Below, piece after piece: positions 49,304 to 61,116 of a stretch of DNA of 64,000 nt. Where the stretch lies: contig BDGG01000013.1 of the NCBI GenBank assembly GCA_001949185.1, forward strand, positions 1,566,617 through 1,630,616, read 5' to 3'. The stretch is from Ramazzottius varieornatus. Taxonomy: Eukaryota; Animalia; Tardigrada. The notes under the pieces are model-generated. The model did no database searches. It saw nothing but the letters and a program-made list of their open reading frames with translations, and was not told the origin of the DNA. Position numbers and translations under genes: made by a program. How positions within the stretch are numbered: the stretch's first letter is position 1; each line of letters opens with the position of its first letter.

Positions 49304-51897
49304 ATGATTTCTTTTCCTTGTTTACTACTGGGAGTGATCTTCCTGCCGGTACGTTCCGCCACTTGCTATTACTGTAGTTTTTCCCGCTTTTTCTGGGACT
49401 TTTTACTGCACACCAAGTTTTCAGATGTGCCTAGTAAGTCACGCGAAAACTTCTTCAGGATCTGGAGTGGCTGTCGGTAACCTTCAACAAGGTGCAGTGT
49501 AGTACACGCGAAGTTTTTCTGCCGCCTATCCGATTGTCCAAATTTACCTCTCTTGTTTCTGATAGGCCTTGCAAAAGTCTCCTCAAGTTCAGAGGAACCA
49601 GATAGCTTGAAAAACTCCGCCAGTGGGTACATCGGCTCGTTAACTAGCCTGACAACATCTGGTGGACAAGGAAGCTGGGAGGACATCTCACAGGGCGACA
49701 ACCAAAAGTCAAACTCCGTTTCGTTCGACGGAACCGGAACCGTCGATGACAATGCCAACAAAATCCGTGAGAAGTTTGACATAGTGCATCTCTTATCTGT
49801 AACACTATGGTGGCTAAAACTAACAGACTACGTATGGGTCATCGTTTCAGCAGGACTTCCCAAATCAAACGCGTCCTCATCTTATGCTTTAGCGAATGAG
49901 GACGAACGACGTTTGCTACGAGATAACCCAGGCCTCGCAAATCAGGTGAAGCCATCCTCGCGTTCAACCGGGATTACTTCGTCAAGTGGTATTGTGGGAG
50001 ACTCGGACCGCTTCAACACGGTACAAGTCCAACAAGACGACCAGGGACTGGAAACAATGATATGCCCAACGGTAACACAGACTTTGTACCTCCGTCCCAA
50101 AACGTCCACGCGAACTGTCCACTTTATCCGTCATACTGCCTCTACCGCTCAAGCTAATAACTACGATTATGTCACGGTGGGCAGTCCGAGCCAAGCAGAT
50201 CGTGACGGTGCCACAGCTAGTTTACCGGGTTCTGGTTTGTCGGACTCGTCGATCAAGGGCGGAGGTCCACCGTTGGTACCAGCGCGAACATCAGCTTGTC
50301 CTCGGCCTACCACAGAGTTCCGTAGCTTCGTTTATGTGTCGGTAAGCAAATCCAAACTTGTTCTGTGGACAAAGACGTACTATAGAAAGCATTCCGGTAA
50401 TGTTCATTCTCTGAACAAGGAAGCGAATCACGAATCAACTACATGTCAAGTGAAATTTAGTCGGGCTTTGCTCCTTTTGATCTCAGTATTCCACAACCGA
50501 ATTTGCATTTATTTTTCAGACAGTATTCGTTCCAACAACCTTGACCGATTACACAACAATTACACGCACGGTGAGCATTCCGGTCGAGAACACTTATCAA
50601 CAGGAACCTGTTACACGGTACAAGACAATTTTCGTCGACGAGGTGCAACCAAGCATGCATAAGCATCGACGACCACTCAGCGTTGCAAGATATCCTGATT
50701 CCCAACAGCTTGGAGTGGATACTGTGTTCGCCACAGTTACCGTCACGCAAATTCAGCCACAGGATTGCCCGTAGGTAAATTCAAAACCCACATCAGAATT
50801 GTATTCTTTTATCTACGTTTCATGCGCAAAGGGAAGTAGCGTGTGGTAGCGGAAGTCAACCAGCCAGGAACTACGTTCTAAACGATGATGTCCAGCCCAA
50901 TTTCGGCAGAAATACAGAGACTCTGGATTCCTACATGCACAGAACTGCGCCGAATCCTAACAAGCAGTCAGTGGAGCAAACTGAGTACCTTGAGCAGAAC
51001 GGGTACGTGGTGGCGAAGCCCAGTCAAACAGTATACGCCCTGCCACCCGGTTCTCAAATCCGGCCTACGCCAGTTAAACGTTGCCGACCAGTGATCAAAC
51101 AGCCGGTCCCAGTAAAAGTGGCGCAGTTACGGAGTAGCGTCAACAGGAAAACGTACGAAGACGACTACACCAATCTTTCCAGTGCTTCAACGAACGAGGA
51201 AGTGATCCTCGAACGCTACAAACGGACTCTGCGCGATAACCACAATCGAGCTTACGGTACAACTTGGTCATCAGTTTTCCTCAAAGAAGTTTTTGACCGG
51301 TGTCTACTTTCTAGTGAAAGACGATGGGACACCGCTGGATCCCAACGCTCCATCACTTCCACAGGAGAAATATGTTGACAATCTACCCCCCGCGTTCTCT
51401 GGTTCTCAACTGAAGGTCCCAAACCCAAGGCGAGGAAGTGCAGCGGCTATACAAGACATATTTGCGGAAAGTTGGAGTACCAGAGCTCCTCAAAGTTTCT
51501 ACAAAGAGGGGAATGTTGACGATTTTGTGGACGACGGAACGGGGACATTGGTCGAATGGGTAACCTGTTGAATCCACAGCTTGCCTTTGATCGTGCAGTA
51601 CACTGTTACGATGCTTTGACTTGTTCACGAACGTATCGACATACCGTACCGGTGTTCCAATTTTTTTCTATTCCAGTTTCCAAATGAACAGGTTCCTGTG
51701 GTCCAAAGAGATCTATCAATCAACCGTAACTTACAGGTTATTCATTTTGGGAAAAATTGTTCAGACACTCAAAACTTCGGACTAATATACTGTACTTACA
51801 ACCACGAGAGGGGAAAAGTTCCCGTAAAGAAGAGGCCATTCAGGCTAAAGAGCTAAAAACTACAGCTGGAAAAATGGCTTCGAAAGAACTTCGGTGA
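49304..51897 (+). CDS. Putative secreted low-complexity (Ser/Thr/Pro-rich) orphan protein; multi-exon
   Basis: Signal-like MISFPCLLLGVIFLP followed by a GT donor, then consecutive open segments bounded by GT-AG up to a stop at 51895-97. No recognised domain. Confidence 0.4.
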
Positions 51898-51980
51898 CGA
51901 CACAAAACGAGGTAAGGTTTCCGAGCTCAAAAACAATTTCCGTACAAAGAAGTAAACTCTCCACATCACAACAAAGAAGG

Positions 51981-52492
51981 CTAGCCGATATTGAACTTGT
52001 TCATCAGCCCACTGAGGCCTCTTGAGGATCCCGGGTTGCTGTCAGCTTCAATGGTGCGAGTGTTGTCGATGTTGGAAGGCGATGCGTTGTCGTGCTTCTT
52101 CCGCTTGAACAGCCCAGCTCCAGCGCCCAAAGCTCCTCCAGCAGCTGCTCCTTGCTTCCACGAAACCTGTAAGATATAAAAGAGGAAGGCTGGGCACTGG
52201 GTAACAGGAGGGAGGTCTCGGATAATATTTGGAAACAAGGAAGTGAGGCGAAAGAAACTTACACCAGGGATGATGGCGCCAACCAGTCCACCTAGAATCG
52301 CTCCTTTCACACCCGTCCCGACGACGCTTCTTTTGACTCTAGCTTCTTCAGATGGACCACCAGGAGATCTGCACTCTAGAAAGGAAAGACAAACTCAAAC
52401 TTCCATCAAGCCTGTGAAAGAAAGAGACTTTTCTCACCTGCGATCAAGACGCACAATGCGAGGAGGACGACGCTGGTCTTGAGGAAAGCCAT
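51981..52492 (-). CDS. Glycine-zipper prepropeptide D (dispersed member of the family)
   Basis: Exons 52492-52438, 52375-52263, 52166-51981 give MAFLKTSVVLLALCVLIAE-CRSPGGPSEEARVKR-SVVGTGVKGAILGGLVGAIIPGVSWKQGAAAGGALGAGAGLFKRKKHDN...GLSGLMNKFNIG*. Confidence 0.8.
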
Positions 52493-53189
52493 GACGATCT
52501 CTGGCGAAGGTTGGTGTGAGGATCGTATTCCGGAGAGTAGAGCAGGGACACTTCCAGTGGTTTTCGGATACCCTAGGAATATATTTGGAGAGGAAGGGTA
52601 ATTCTGATCTTCGTGAAGCGTGAACGAAGACTGAGATCCGGGTGTGAAAATCGAACAGGCGACAAGGTTTCGGGAAATCCCATGGGAGATGAATCATCGC
52701 AGTGCCAGTGGACAGTGGCCAGACGCAAACTGCTGGGCGTCGCTGGTGATGGACCACGCCCACTACGTGGACATTCATAGATTTCGTAAACTCAGTGGTG
52801 ACATCCGCACTGTGAGCCAATGTGATCACCCCGAAAAGGCCGAAAGTTTTTGGGCGTAGCTTTGGTGCATGACGCAAATAAACAGCTGATCGCTGTCAAG
52901 TGATCAGCTGTCTAAATTCACAGTACCTTTCTACTGGATAGCCTCAACCACCACAACGCCGATTTTGGGTAACCATTAACTGCGTCAAAGGTGAATGAGC
53001 TTCATCAAGTCCTAGAGACATTACGCTGCGTGCGATTTCACGAGGGTCCTCACAGCTTCACCGTCGGTCCGTCGGCATTCCCTTGGCCTGCTCCTAGATC
53101 TTAAATCACGGTCCGCATGTCGTTTTTCGACAATCATGGCGAATGATACTCAGAATTTTCTTTTCCTATTTTTCTGCGATCTATTTCCC

Positions 53190-54418
53190 GTGTGTTCTAG
53201 CCATCCAAGAAATCACAATCAGCCTGTCGTCGCGCGGTGTGATCAGCTTCGACATCAACTGGAGCATTCGCAACTTTTCATTCTTCAAAACGGTGGCCAC
53301 CGATAGACACTTCGAAGACCGACTTTTGGGCAAGTCTGTCTGGTTTCCTCATTCTGAATCTGCTCGAGAAGCCCGGAGAACATCCTTCGGACATTGGATT
53401 CTACTCTGTTGGGCTCTACTACAGTATCTAGACTACCAACATACAGGAGAGGACAACTTCAGCATCCGAGCGAACATCACAATGGGGTTGACAGATCGTG
53501 TTCCTCGAAAATACCCACAAAATTGTTCTTTCGCAAAGTTAGTCCGTCAGTCCATCAGTATTCAACTGCGTACAGTGCAGAGCTGCTTCTTCCAGCACAG
53601 TACGTTCTTCTTTCCCAGGCTTGTTGACGATGAAAGCCATTTTCTAGCTGGCTTGCAAGTTCCTAATATGAAAGTGACCTTTGTACGCAGTGGTAGTCGG
53701 AGCTGCGGAAGACCAGGAATACTGGCTCATTTCTCGCTCTTGCGGTGCAAACGGGACGGTGCTTATGAATGGCGCATTGAAGCTACGGGCAGGCATACCT
53801 ATCTCTTGTTTGGCATGACTACGCGGCCCTTGAATCAACAGCATTGCTCAATTCGGAAGCTCCCGATAACTTTCAACAGGATTTTTGTGGTTCGTACGAA
53901 ACAACCGTTGGTAGGGACTTTGTCTGGGTGTTATCCGACGGTGGGGTAAACCAAGTTTTCTTTAACCTTGATGTGAAAGACATGCTAGCTGTTGTTCCTT
54001 TTTACGTATGTTTGAGTCGAGTACGTATGGCAAAAAACCCAGACCGGACGATGCGTCATTTCCGATATCACTTCGTCGGTGCTGACCGCGCTTTTGGAGT
54101 ATGAGTACGTGTACTGTGGATTCTCGGAGGATGATATCGGAGCAGATCCGGCTGACATCTTGCTGGCAGCGGACACGTATCAGGTTTCCGACCTGGCGAA
54201 GCGCTATGAGCGGTTCCTGATGGGTCAGGTAGCGGTGAAGAACGTCGTGGACCTGGTACTGTACTCGTGACTGACGGAGTCTCCGCTCCGGTTCTGCGAA
54301 ATAGTAGGCTATCTCCGTTCGCAACAACCTGGCAGCCTTGAGGGGTTCTGGAAAGATCAATATATTGACGAAGAAGGCCAGCTCTAAGCTCGTCGACCTC
54401 TTCGACTTCCTAGGGTAG
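53190..54418 (+). pseudogene. MATH-BTB (SPOP-like) decayed copy 1
   Basis: INWSIRNFSF and YEWRIE MATH-like strands, ALLEYEYVYCG..ILLAADTYQVSDLAK, FVRNNLAAL. The homology is spread over several frames with stops. Confidence 0.55.
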
Positions 54419-54745
54419 CACATCTGACGTTTCAACAGGTAAAGTAGATGCTCCTATGGGGAACCGCCATTCGTTCTTTTACTTCAGGACGTCTGACTTG
54501 GTTGTGGCAACAAGTCGGAACAGCAATTTAGTTTGTGACCAACAGTGCTCCAGGCATGCGGAAAAGGAACAGAGCGCGGCTACCATGTTCGAAAACGGCA
54601 AAGCGGAAATCAGAATCCAAATTTTGACCGGGTGGTCGTAACCGGTTGCGGGCAAGCACAGAAACGCTCCTGCGCATGTTGGTCCGGGTTGATTGTCACT
54701 CATTGACTTGACCACCGTTGGACGGGTGGTCTCCAAGATCAAGTA

Positions 54746-55332
54746 CGAGGTGAACGGCATAATTCGGGCATGGAAATTTCCGACCCATAATTCGGGCAAC
54801 TATTTTCTCCGTAACGGCTGGACGGATCAGCGTTATTTGTAGTTTGCCGAGTGGAAAAACTTGTTTACGGTAGCCTTGTTTACGGGTATCGCTATTGTTA
54901 AAAAGCCTGCGAAATGAGATTGAGAAGGGCCACAAGAGGCGCTTGACTCGATTTATTTAGCAACCTTCGTTGACGTCATAAAGCTCGTTTGAAGTAAAGA
55001 AAGACTTTCACATGACAGGACACTGCTCGATGACGCATTTCCGCCTGCCGACGAAGTTCTGATGCGATACCGCACGGCCATTTCTCACATGTAGGCTTAA
55101 AGGCTTACTGACGTCCATAAAATGTTGAAGTTTCTCGTAAGGAAAGCTATTTCCGTGTGTGCCGAATCCCATACCGCAGAACAGAACGTTAATGCAGAAC
55201 ACAACTGTAGCACGGTTATAATCAGCGGCACACGCTAACCAGCAACCTGACACGTGCTGCCACCCCATACCGCAGGCTTTGCCCGAATTATGGGTCGGAA
55301 ATTGCCATGCCCGAATTATGCCGTTTACCTCG
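54746..55332. mobile_element. 587-bp TA-flanked non-autonomous element with ~55-bp terminal inverted repeats
   Basis: TA|CGAGGTGAACGGCATAATTCGGGCATGGAAATTTCCGACCCATAATTCGGGCAA, mirrored at 55279-55332|TA. Confidence 0.8.
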
Positions 55333-55679
55333 TACGGTCCAACTCGAAGACGGCAATCAATCAATCGATACTTCCTCAGTCTTGAAAAACCGCTTTGAAT
55401 GTAGTTAGAGCACTGAGTCTCCCGACTAGGAAAAATAGGATTCCGCAGCCATGACCAAGTTGCCAGTTCCCCCGGATTGTGGCAGGTCGCACTAGAAAAC
55501 TGCGTAATCGTTAATATTAGGCTGGCTAAATCACCCGTCCAACGCTGGATTTGACCTGCTGCACTTCCTTCGCCATGCGAACGTTCGCCGAAGACTTTTA
55601 CTGTTGACACTTGCTGCTTCGGAAACATCTTGCTCTGCTCGTAAATTCCTCCTCCTTGGTACACTCCGTAGTTGGTACG

Positions 55680-56960
55680 ACAGGATAACATGTCCAACCC
55701 AGCCAAGTTCAAGTTTGAGGAGGTTTTAACTTTTGAAGACAGAGATGCCGCATCCCGTCAACTTCGTCTTAGACTGGACCATCCCGAACTTCTCCCTCTT
55801 CCGCACGCACAAGCGGCCCGTTCCATCAATTAAACGAGTGCTGGGAAAGTCCACTTGATACCTGGACATCTATCCTCTCGATCCAAATGGTGCATACGAC
55901 TCTCCTCCAACGAAGAATGTCGGGCTTTACCTGGTCCATAGCCAGCAAGGAAATGCTCCCTTCTCCATCGGAGTCAACGCGAAGCTGGGGTTTGCAATCA
56001 TTCGTGTCACCTCTCAGAAAATATAGTGGACTAAAGTTAGCGTATGTAACGTACCAGCGACACTGACCAAGGTGTTCTTTCTTTCCTTCGCAGGGTGGTC
56101 GACGTTGCGGGTAACTTTCTGGACGGGATGCATATCCGGAGTCTGGACTACATACTCACTGGAACTGAAACGTACTGCGGAAGTCCTGTCATGGTGAAAC
56201 ATTGGCAACAATGGGGCGCACGTGCCACGGGACTCGTGGACGGGGCGCTGAAGTTGCGAGCGGAGGTGAGCTACATGTCGCTGGACGCCATCTTACCATC
56301 CCCGTCCCAGCAGCCATCTTTGGATAGTGTGGGTGATCTATAGAAGAGTTTTCATCGACTGTACGAAGGCTTTGTCAAACACGACTTGTTCTGGTGACGC
56401 CTGATGGCTTCGAAATATCTGCTGACCGAGCCGTGTTGATGGCTCGATCGCCGGTCTTTTTGGGTAACCCAGCAAGCTAATTTTTTGGTGATTGCTGACG
56501 TAAAGATTTTACCAATTACGTATCTTATCTCGATTTTTGTGTGCGTTTTTTAGGCATGTTGCAGTCGCAAATGACAGAGAATCGAACAGGTCGATGTGTC
56601 TTTCCCGACATGCCCAAGTCAGTCCTAATTCCTGTGGTCAAGTTCATGTACAACGGCTCCCTCGACGGAGGGATCGAAGACGATCCGGTCAGCGTCTTGC
56701 TCGCGGCTGACAGGTTGCAGGTTACTGGACTGGCGAAGCACTGCGAAGAGATTTTGATTGGGCAGTTGACGTCGGAGAATGTGGTGGATCTGCTGCTCCT
56801 GGCTGGCAAGGTTCCCGCACTGCCTTTGAAAGACGACCGGCTTCGCTTCGTTCGCAACAACTTGGCAGCCTTGAAGGGATCTGGAGCCATTAAGATGTTG
56901 ATGGAGAAAGCTGGTGCCGAGCTGGTCGACGAAATCATGGCTTCTGTCTCGAACGTTTGA
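55680..56960 (+). pseudogene. MATH-BTB (SPOP-like) decayed copy 2
   Basis: WTIPNF..TWTSILS MATH-like part, DGALKLRAEV, in-frame TAG at 56341, a frameshift before LVLVTPDG..RAVLMARSPVF, then an intact BTB/BACK exon 56554-56960. Confidence 0.65.
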
Positions 56961-57330
56961 GCAGGATCTTCAGAGTATCGTTTTGCATCTGTTTGCTATT
57001 TTAGATGGAGTTCCTCCTGTGCGGTTCAATGGTTTCTCCTATGTAACAAGGATACTTGGTACGTACGGTAGTAATAATGACCAATTAATCATTTGCAACA
57101 GCTTTTTTATTCGGTTCGGTACTGACTGTCTGATGATTCACCAAAGCATTTACGATCCTTCGTGTAGGGATTTCCGCTAATGACTTATGCACTAGGAAAG
57201 TTCGAGGTGAAAACATACACTCGTTTTTTACCCAGATAGGGAAATTCGTTCATCCAGGTTAAGATGGCGTATGGTTCTGATGTTCGCGATTGTCAAAGTC
57301 AAAGTCTAACCTTGGAACAAGCGCGGATTA

Positions 57331-58460
57331 TCAGACAAGCATTTGGTCTATCGATCTTCCCCGGTCACCGACGGATAAGAAATGGCGGATCGGTTCAACT
57401 TCGGATCTAACGTGCACGGACGGTTGAGTTGTGCCATAATTGTCAGGTGGCGGTACTGTCGTCAAGACAGGCATAGGCACAGGCGGGCAAATAGTACTGT
57501 TGCGACGTGTGGTTCGTGAGGAACCCCTTCGGTAAGTGTACCCCGCTTGCCGCTCCCATCGCGCCACTACGCACACTTGGAACAGCCCACAAATACTGAG
57601 GAAAACTATGAAGGCCACAACCTAATGAAAAATCGCTGGTTATCATTACGTATACGAGTACTCCAATACAAGAACTCCTGTAAATTTTGTGACACTTACG
57701 AAAAATATTCCAACGAAGATCAACAGTCTGAAATGAAACCATATTTCTTTTTTCGTTTTTGTGAGCGCATAGAGTGGATTTGATCAAGTTTTGGTCGGAC
57801 AAACTGGTCAAATTTTGGTGGACGTTTTGGTCGATTCTTTTGGCTAATGGTCAAAATGCGCCAGTTTATTTTGACCAATGGTCAAATAAACATGCGAGGT
57901 TTTGACCATTGGTCAAATATTGACCAAAAGGTCAGTCATAAATTGACCNNNNNNNNNNNNNNNNNNNNNNNNNNNNNNNNNNNNNNNNNNNNNNNNNNTC
58001 CACTCTACTTAGCGTAAACGCACGACGATGAAGTTCGGACCAGGCGATTCCGAAACAGTGGCACGGAAGTACGTATGCACGCCGCTAATTGGCTAGGAGG
58101 CACTTCCCGACAATTTTCTACGGTTGAATTTTGGCTTTGCCGTCGTTTTCGTCTGGCCAATAATTTTATTGGCCCATACTTCCTCCGCGTGCGTGTACAG
58201 AGAATGATCTGTTTTCGACATTTCGCCTACCCGACGCTGGTTCTCCCGAATCCAACTTGGTTAACAATATAGGTGCTCCATTCGCAACATTCTTTCTTGC
58301 CGTCTTCTGTTCCACAACAGAAAGCGGGAACCCTAGCTTCTGTGGTCCACTCGGGACAGGGTGACATTTCATAGTTGATCTCCCCCGTACTGGAATCGAC
58401 CCGCACACTTTCGCAACCATTTGGCGCCGTTGACAGAGTAGTTTCTGGCCCGGGATCTAG
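57331..58460 (-). CDS. Shisa/VOPP1-like single-pass membrane protein (Cys-rich ectodomain, TM, Pro-rich tail); ends uncertain
   Basis: C..CP..FCCG..ECC exon (~58460-58230), spliced across a MITE-filled intron to VAFIVFLSICGLFQVCVV and PPVPMP..PPPDNY. Confidence 0.6.
57771..58006. mobile_element. TTGACCAA-rich MITE, copy 3, with N-gap
   Basis: AGAGTGGATTTGATC ... TCCACTCT; same internal motifs as the other copies. Confidence 0.7.
58013..58200. mobile_element. TGTACACGCA-family MITE, copy 3
   Basis: CGTAAACGCACGACG ... CGCGTGCGTGTACAG; the body is similar to 35470-35678. Confidence 0.6.
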
Positions 58461-61116
58461 TCCGCTGTGGAAAAGGCTGTGGTTGAGCGCTGGATAAATA
58501 AAAGAGATCATCATTGCAAATGCGATATTCAAAGACACAGGCGAGCTCGAAGGAGTCGAACTCTAGACTTTCCAGACTGGAATAATGCGCTAACAGAACG
58601 CTAAACGATTATTATGAGATCACTACTGTATAGCGTGAATTTTTTCCCGGAATTCTTATACATAAGTCAACGGGCTAGAGTGACAGTGCGTTAGAAAATT
58701 GTTTCCACCATAGAAAGAAAATATGAGATTCCAGGAAAGTGGTTAACTAAAAGGGTTGCACGGTGTAATTAAACTTACAGTCAACGCGTGCGTGAACGAG
58801 TTTGGAGGGCTCGATTAAGATCAACGAAATAATGGCCAAAGTAAAATAATTAGTCCGATCCCGTTGGTAACTCCTCCACGTTTCCAGCAATGATACCTTC
58901 ATTACGCACGACGCACCCGGGACATCAGGAAGGAGGGAGGTGGGTTGGTGGTGGAGGAGGATATAGAAATAACTCAGAAAGGTGTCAACTTCACCGGCGA
59001 TGCCGACAACTCTGATTGATTTTGGGTGTCGTTTTACAATGCATCCGGAAACGAGCTACATTGGGATATTGTCACGCCGGATCTGTCGTTGAAGTCCCGC
59101 TGATATCTTTAATCAAAAGGAGCTCTGTGAAAAATGACGGCTGATCAAACAGACCCCAGCAGAACAGAAAGAGCAATTCATTCAGCCAGTGATGGAAACA
59201 TAACCGTGACGTTATCTACAGTTGGTATAGGGTGCTCATTGTCCACAGTGACGTCATGAGCCCTATTATCGCAACGGTGCCCAACTCATCGTCTGTTGGG
59301 ATTCTGATTCAAAGCGTAACAGCAGCTCCTCGAGAATATCTTCAAGTGGGGTGTTTCTTTTCTTTTCATCACGGCGCCATACTCATTAGAAGATTTCCTC
59401 CGTAATCGGTCTTGACGTTGAGTTTGCAAAACTGTGTCCATCAACAATAGGGGTCGTAATTATCGCGCCCACACAAAAGCCATGAATCCCGCAAAGATTT
59501 TCAAGCAACACTCAGAATGTAGCTAGAATGGTTCTCCGAGAATCGTCATTTGTGGGATGGAAACCCACTTGTTCCAGTCCTCGTAGCATGGAAATGAACT
59601 CCGGGATTGTAGAGCAAACAGACTGGCAAAGTGAAAATGCGGATTCAATGGTACTTGCAAGTCGATGCACGTAGAAATGGCTCTTGAAATATTTTTAACG
59701 ACGACACAAGGCAGGAATAAATGGCCAACTGTATATGTAATGTGCTGATGAGTGACGATAAGAAAAACAAATGGAGGAGACTTTCCTCGATGGAGAAACG
59801 ACCGACTAACCTCTTTGAGCTGGATAAAAACAAGGAAACGGCAGTCTGAACAGTTGACTTCCTGGTTGATGTCCCCTGTTCAGTTTTCCATCATCGTCTT
59901 CCATACAGCCATAAATCTCGATAAATCCGTCTTGGCAATCCCCTTTATGATACTTAACAAGAGCAGGCTTGTAGGGAGACTGTTTCCGTCCCTGTGTGCT
60001 GTGGACCCTGACGTCCCGAAAACGTCGCTGGTTAAGTTATGGTGGTTAAGGAATTCAATACAGCTGAATATCCGATAGTGTTTACTTAAAGATTTCATTC
60101 TTACTGTAACTACATAGAAAATGAGCTGTGAACTGCAACGACCATGCGCACCACGCCTTCTTCCAATAAACCAAGTGGAAGTCTCCGGCAGGAAACGGAA
60201 GTGCCCAGGGTGGTATAATTCAATGACTGGAGAAGCTTGTTGACGACGATCGAGAACATACACTAAGCCCGTGGCTTTTAATTGTAAGATCAAGCAAAGT
60301 AAGCGAACGAAAAAAGTAAGTGGAAAATTACCCAGGATCAGCTTTGAATGAAGAAGCGGTTTCTGCTTCGAAAATTATTGACCCAATGAGATGAATCGAT
60401 TCCTGAGCCGCCTAAAGTAAACTATACTACATCCTTTCGGTTACATCATGGATAACGATCCAGGCTTAAGTCCCTCAAGAGGGGAAGTGAAAAGTGCATG
60501 CAGGAGTAAACGTTAACGGAAGAGCAGTTTCTGGATCACTAGTCAGTCGTTCCCGGTCAAATTAAAGGACGCGCTAAATAGCCCAAGTTCGCGAAACCCA
60601 AATTTTCTATCTGGACCAGAAGGTGAATTAATTGCTGCGGGTTTGCTCCTTTGGTCCAGCTGATCGGTAACGTCCGTACCGACACGGACAACTTTCTAAA
60701 CAATCTTTTAGTTGAAAATTTTCCAACATACATGGCACTCAAGTTACCCATTTGACGAGCCGAACTTTAGCATACTGCAAAAGTGACTCATGATTTAACA
60801 ATGGAAATTACTTGGGTATCATCAAAAATAACTTCCAAGGACATGAATAAAGAAGCATCAGTATCATGGATCGGTTTTCATGTCAGGCGGTTACAACGTA
60901 CAAAACAAGGTAAGAAAGAGCAATGAAACGGAAGGAGAAAGCATAAGCAAGGTGTTTAACAGGCGAGAGAGACTACCTCATCAACTATACGGCCGCAGTC
61001 CAGCTGTGGCCGGAAGTAGGTGGCGCCAGTCAACCTGGACCAACCAAAATTGGCGATCAGCCGGCCGCGCTCTTGCGACTGGCCAACGATATCCTCCCTA
61101 GAAGGCGAGGCTTCTT

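Noticed and set aside
52672-52681. GGGAAATCCC kappaB-like site about 180 bp upstream of peptide gene D
   Set aside because: A single short degenerate match is expected by chance, and only weak equivalents occur upstream of genes A-C.
55008-55712. 234-aa minus-strand ORF
   Set aside because: It has a non-ATG start, crosses a transposon TIR, shows no domain and is antisense to the MATH-BTB remnant, so it is probably spurious.
58380-58420. tRNA T-loop-like GGTCGATTCC on the minus strand
   Set aside because: No full cloverleaf, and it lies within the Shisa-like coding exon.
59000-60800. Scattered short ORFs between the Shisa-like gene and EEA1
   Set aside because: I could not establish a consistent exon chain or any recognisable motif.
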